The translations under genes were made by a program, and so were the position numbers. From Bacillus pseudomycoides DSM 12442 (GTDB lineage: Bacteria; Bacillota; Bacilli; Bacillales; Bacillaceae_G): a DNA stretch of 24,000 bases. Below are positions 23,857 to 24,000 of this stretch, in pieces; within the stretch, counting starts at the first letter, position 1; every line of letters begins with the position of its first letter. The notes under the pieces are model-generated. The model was not told where the DNA came from. It ran no database searches and worked only from the letters and a program-made list of their open reading frames with translations. The DNA is taken from assembly GCF_000161455.1 (NCBI RefSeq), contig NZ_CM000745.1:2699496-2723495 (forward strand), written 5' to 3'.

Positions 23857-24000
23857 TCTTTCATCTCCTTTTATTGTAATACTATAAAATATTCAAAGAT
23901 ATAAAGTATGGCTTGTACAAAAAACTAGTGTTCCTACTAAAAGTTACAAATTATATGCAAAATGATAGACTTAAACGGAGCCATAGAAAAGGATTGGGGT

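Overview
AT-rich Firmicute DNA, probably Bacillus cereus group (inferred from IS231-like debris and gene content). All family names come from motif reading and recall, not from searches. The window falls into three blocks. (1) 23-9805 is a six-gene + strand operon with overlapping reading frames: a giant DUF4132/HEAT-like protein, a MoxR-type AAA+ ATPase, a DUF5682-type protein, a vWA/MIDAS protein, a double-SWIM zinc-finger protein and a 92-aa ORF. Gene order and sizes match the functionally uncharacterised E. coli yehI / yehLMPQ cluster. (2) 9931-12063 holds a near-consensus sigma-A-type promoter, three tandem Y-RNA-like genes, one strong intrinsic terminator, and then rsr (Ro60 orthologue, TROVE + vWA). 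Two of the Y-RNA-like genes are clear circularly permuted tRNA mimics of the YrlA type, with compensatory changes in their stems. The rsr leader carries a miniature copy of the Y-RNA terminal stem (bulged C included) that overlaps its Shine-Dalgarno, which suggests autoregulation. (3) 12.3-24 kb is an accessory, decayed region. It contains 11-bp iteron-like repeats, a DnaD-type replisome organiser and a truncated DnaB (a phage or plasmid replication remnant). It also contains an array of polymorphic-toxin immunity-type genes with no toxin (SMI1/KNR4, SUFU-like, truncated Imm22-like and others), an alpha/beta hydrolase with no ATG start, and a DoxX-like membrane protein. Further along are an IS231-like fragment with related debris, a signal-less Asp-box (BNR) beta-propeller, a truncated GNAT, and a metzincin-like protease followed by a Pro/Cys-rich repeat peptide. 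I found no rRNA, genuine tRNA or CRISPR array. The best candidates for new biology are the yehI/LMPQ-type MoxR-vWA-SWIM operon, its juxtaposition with the Rsr/Y-RNA module, and the Y-stem mimic in the rsr leader.
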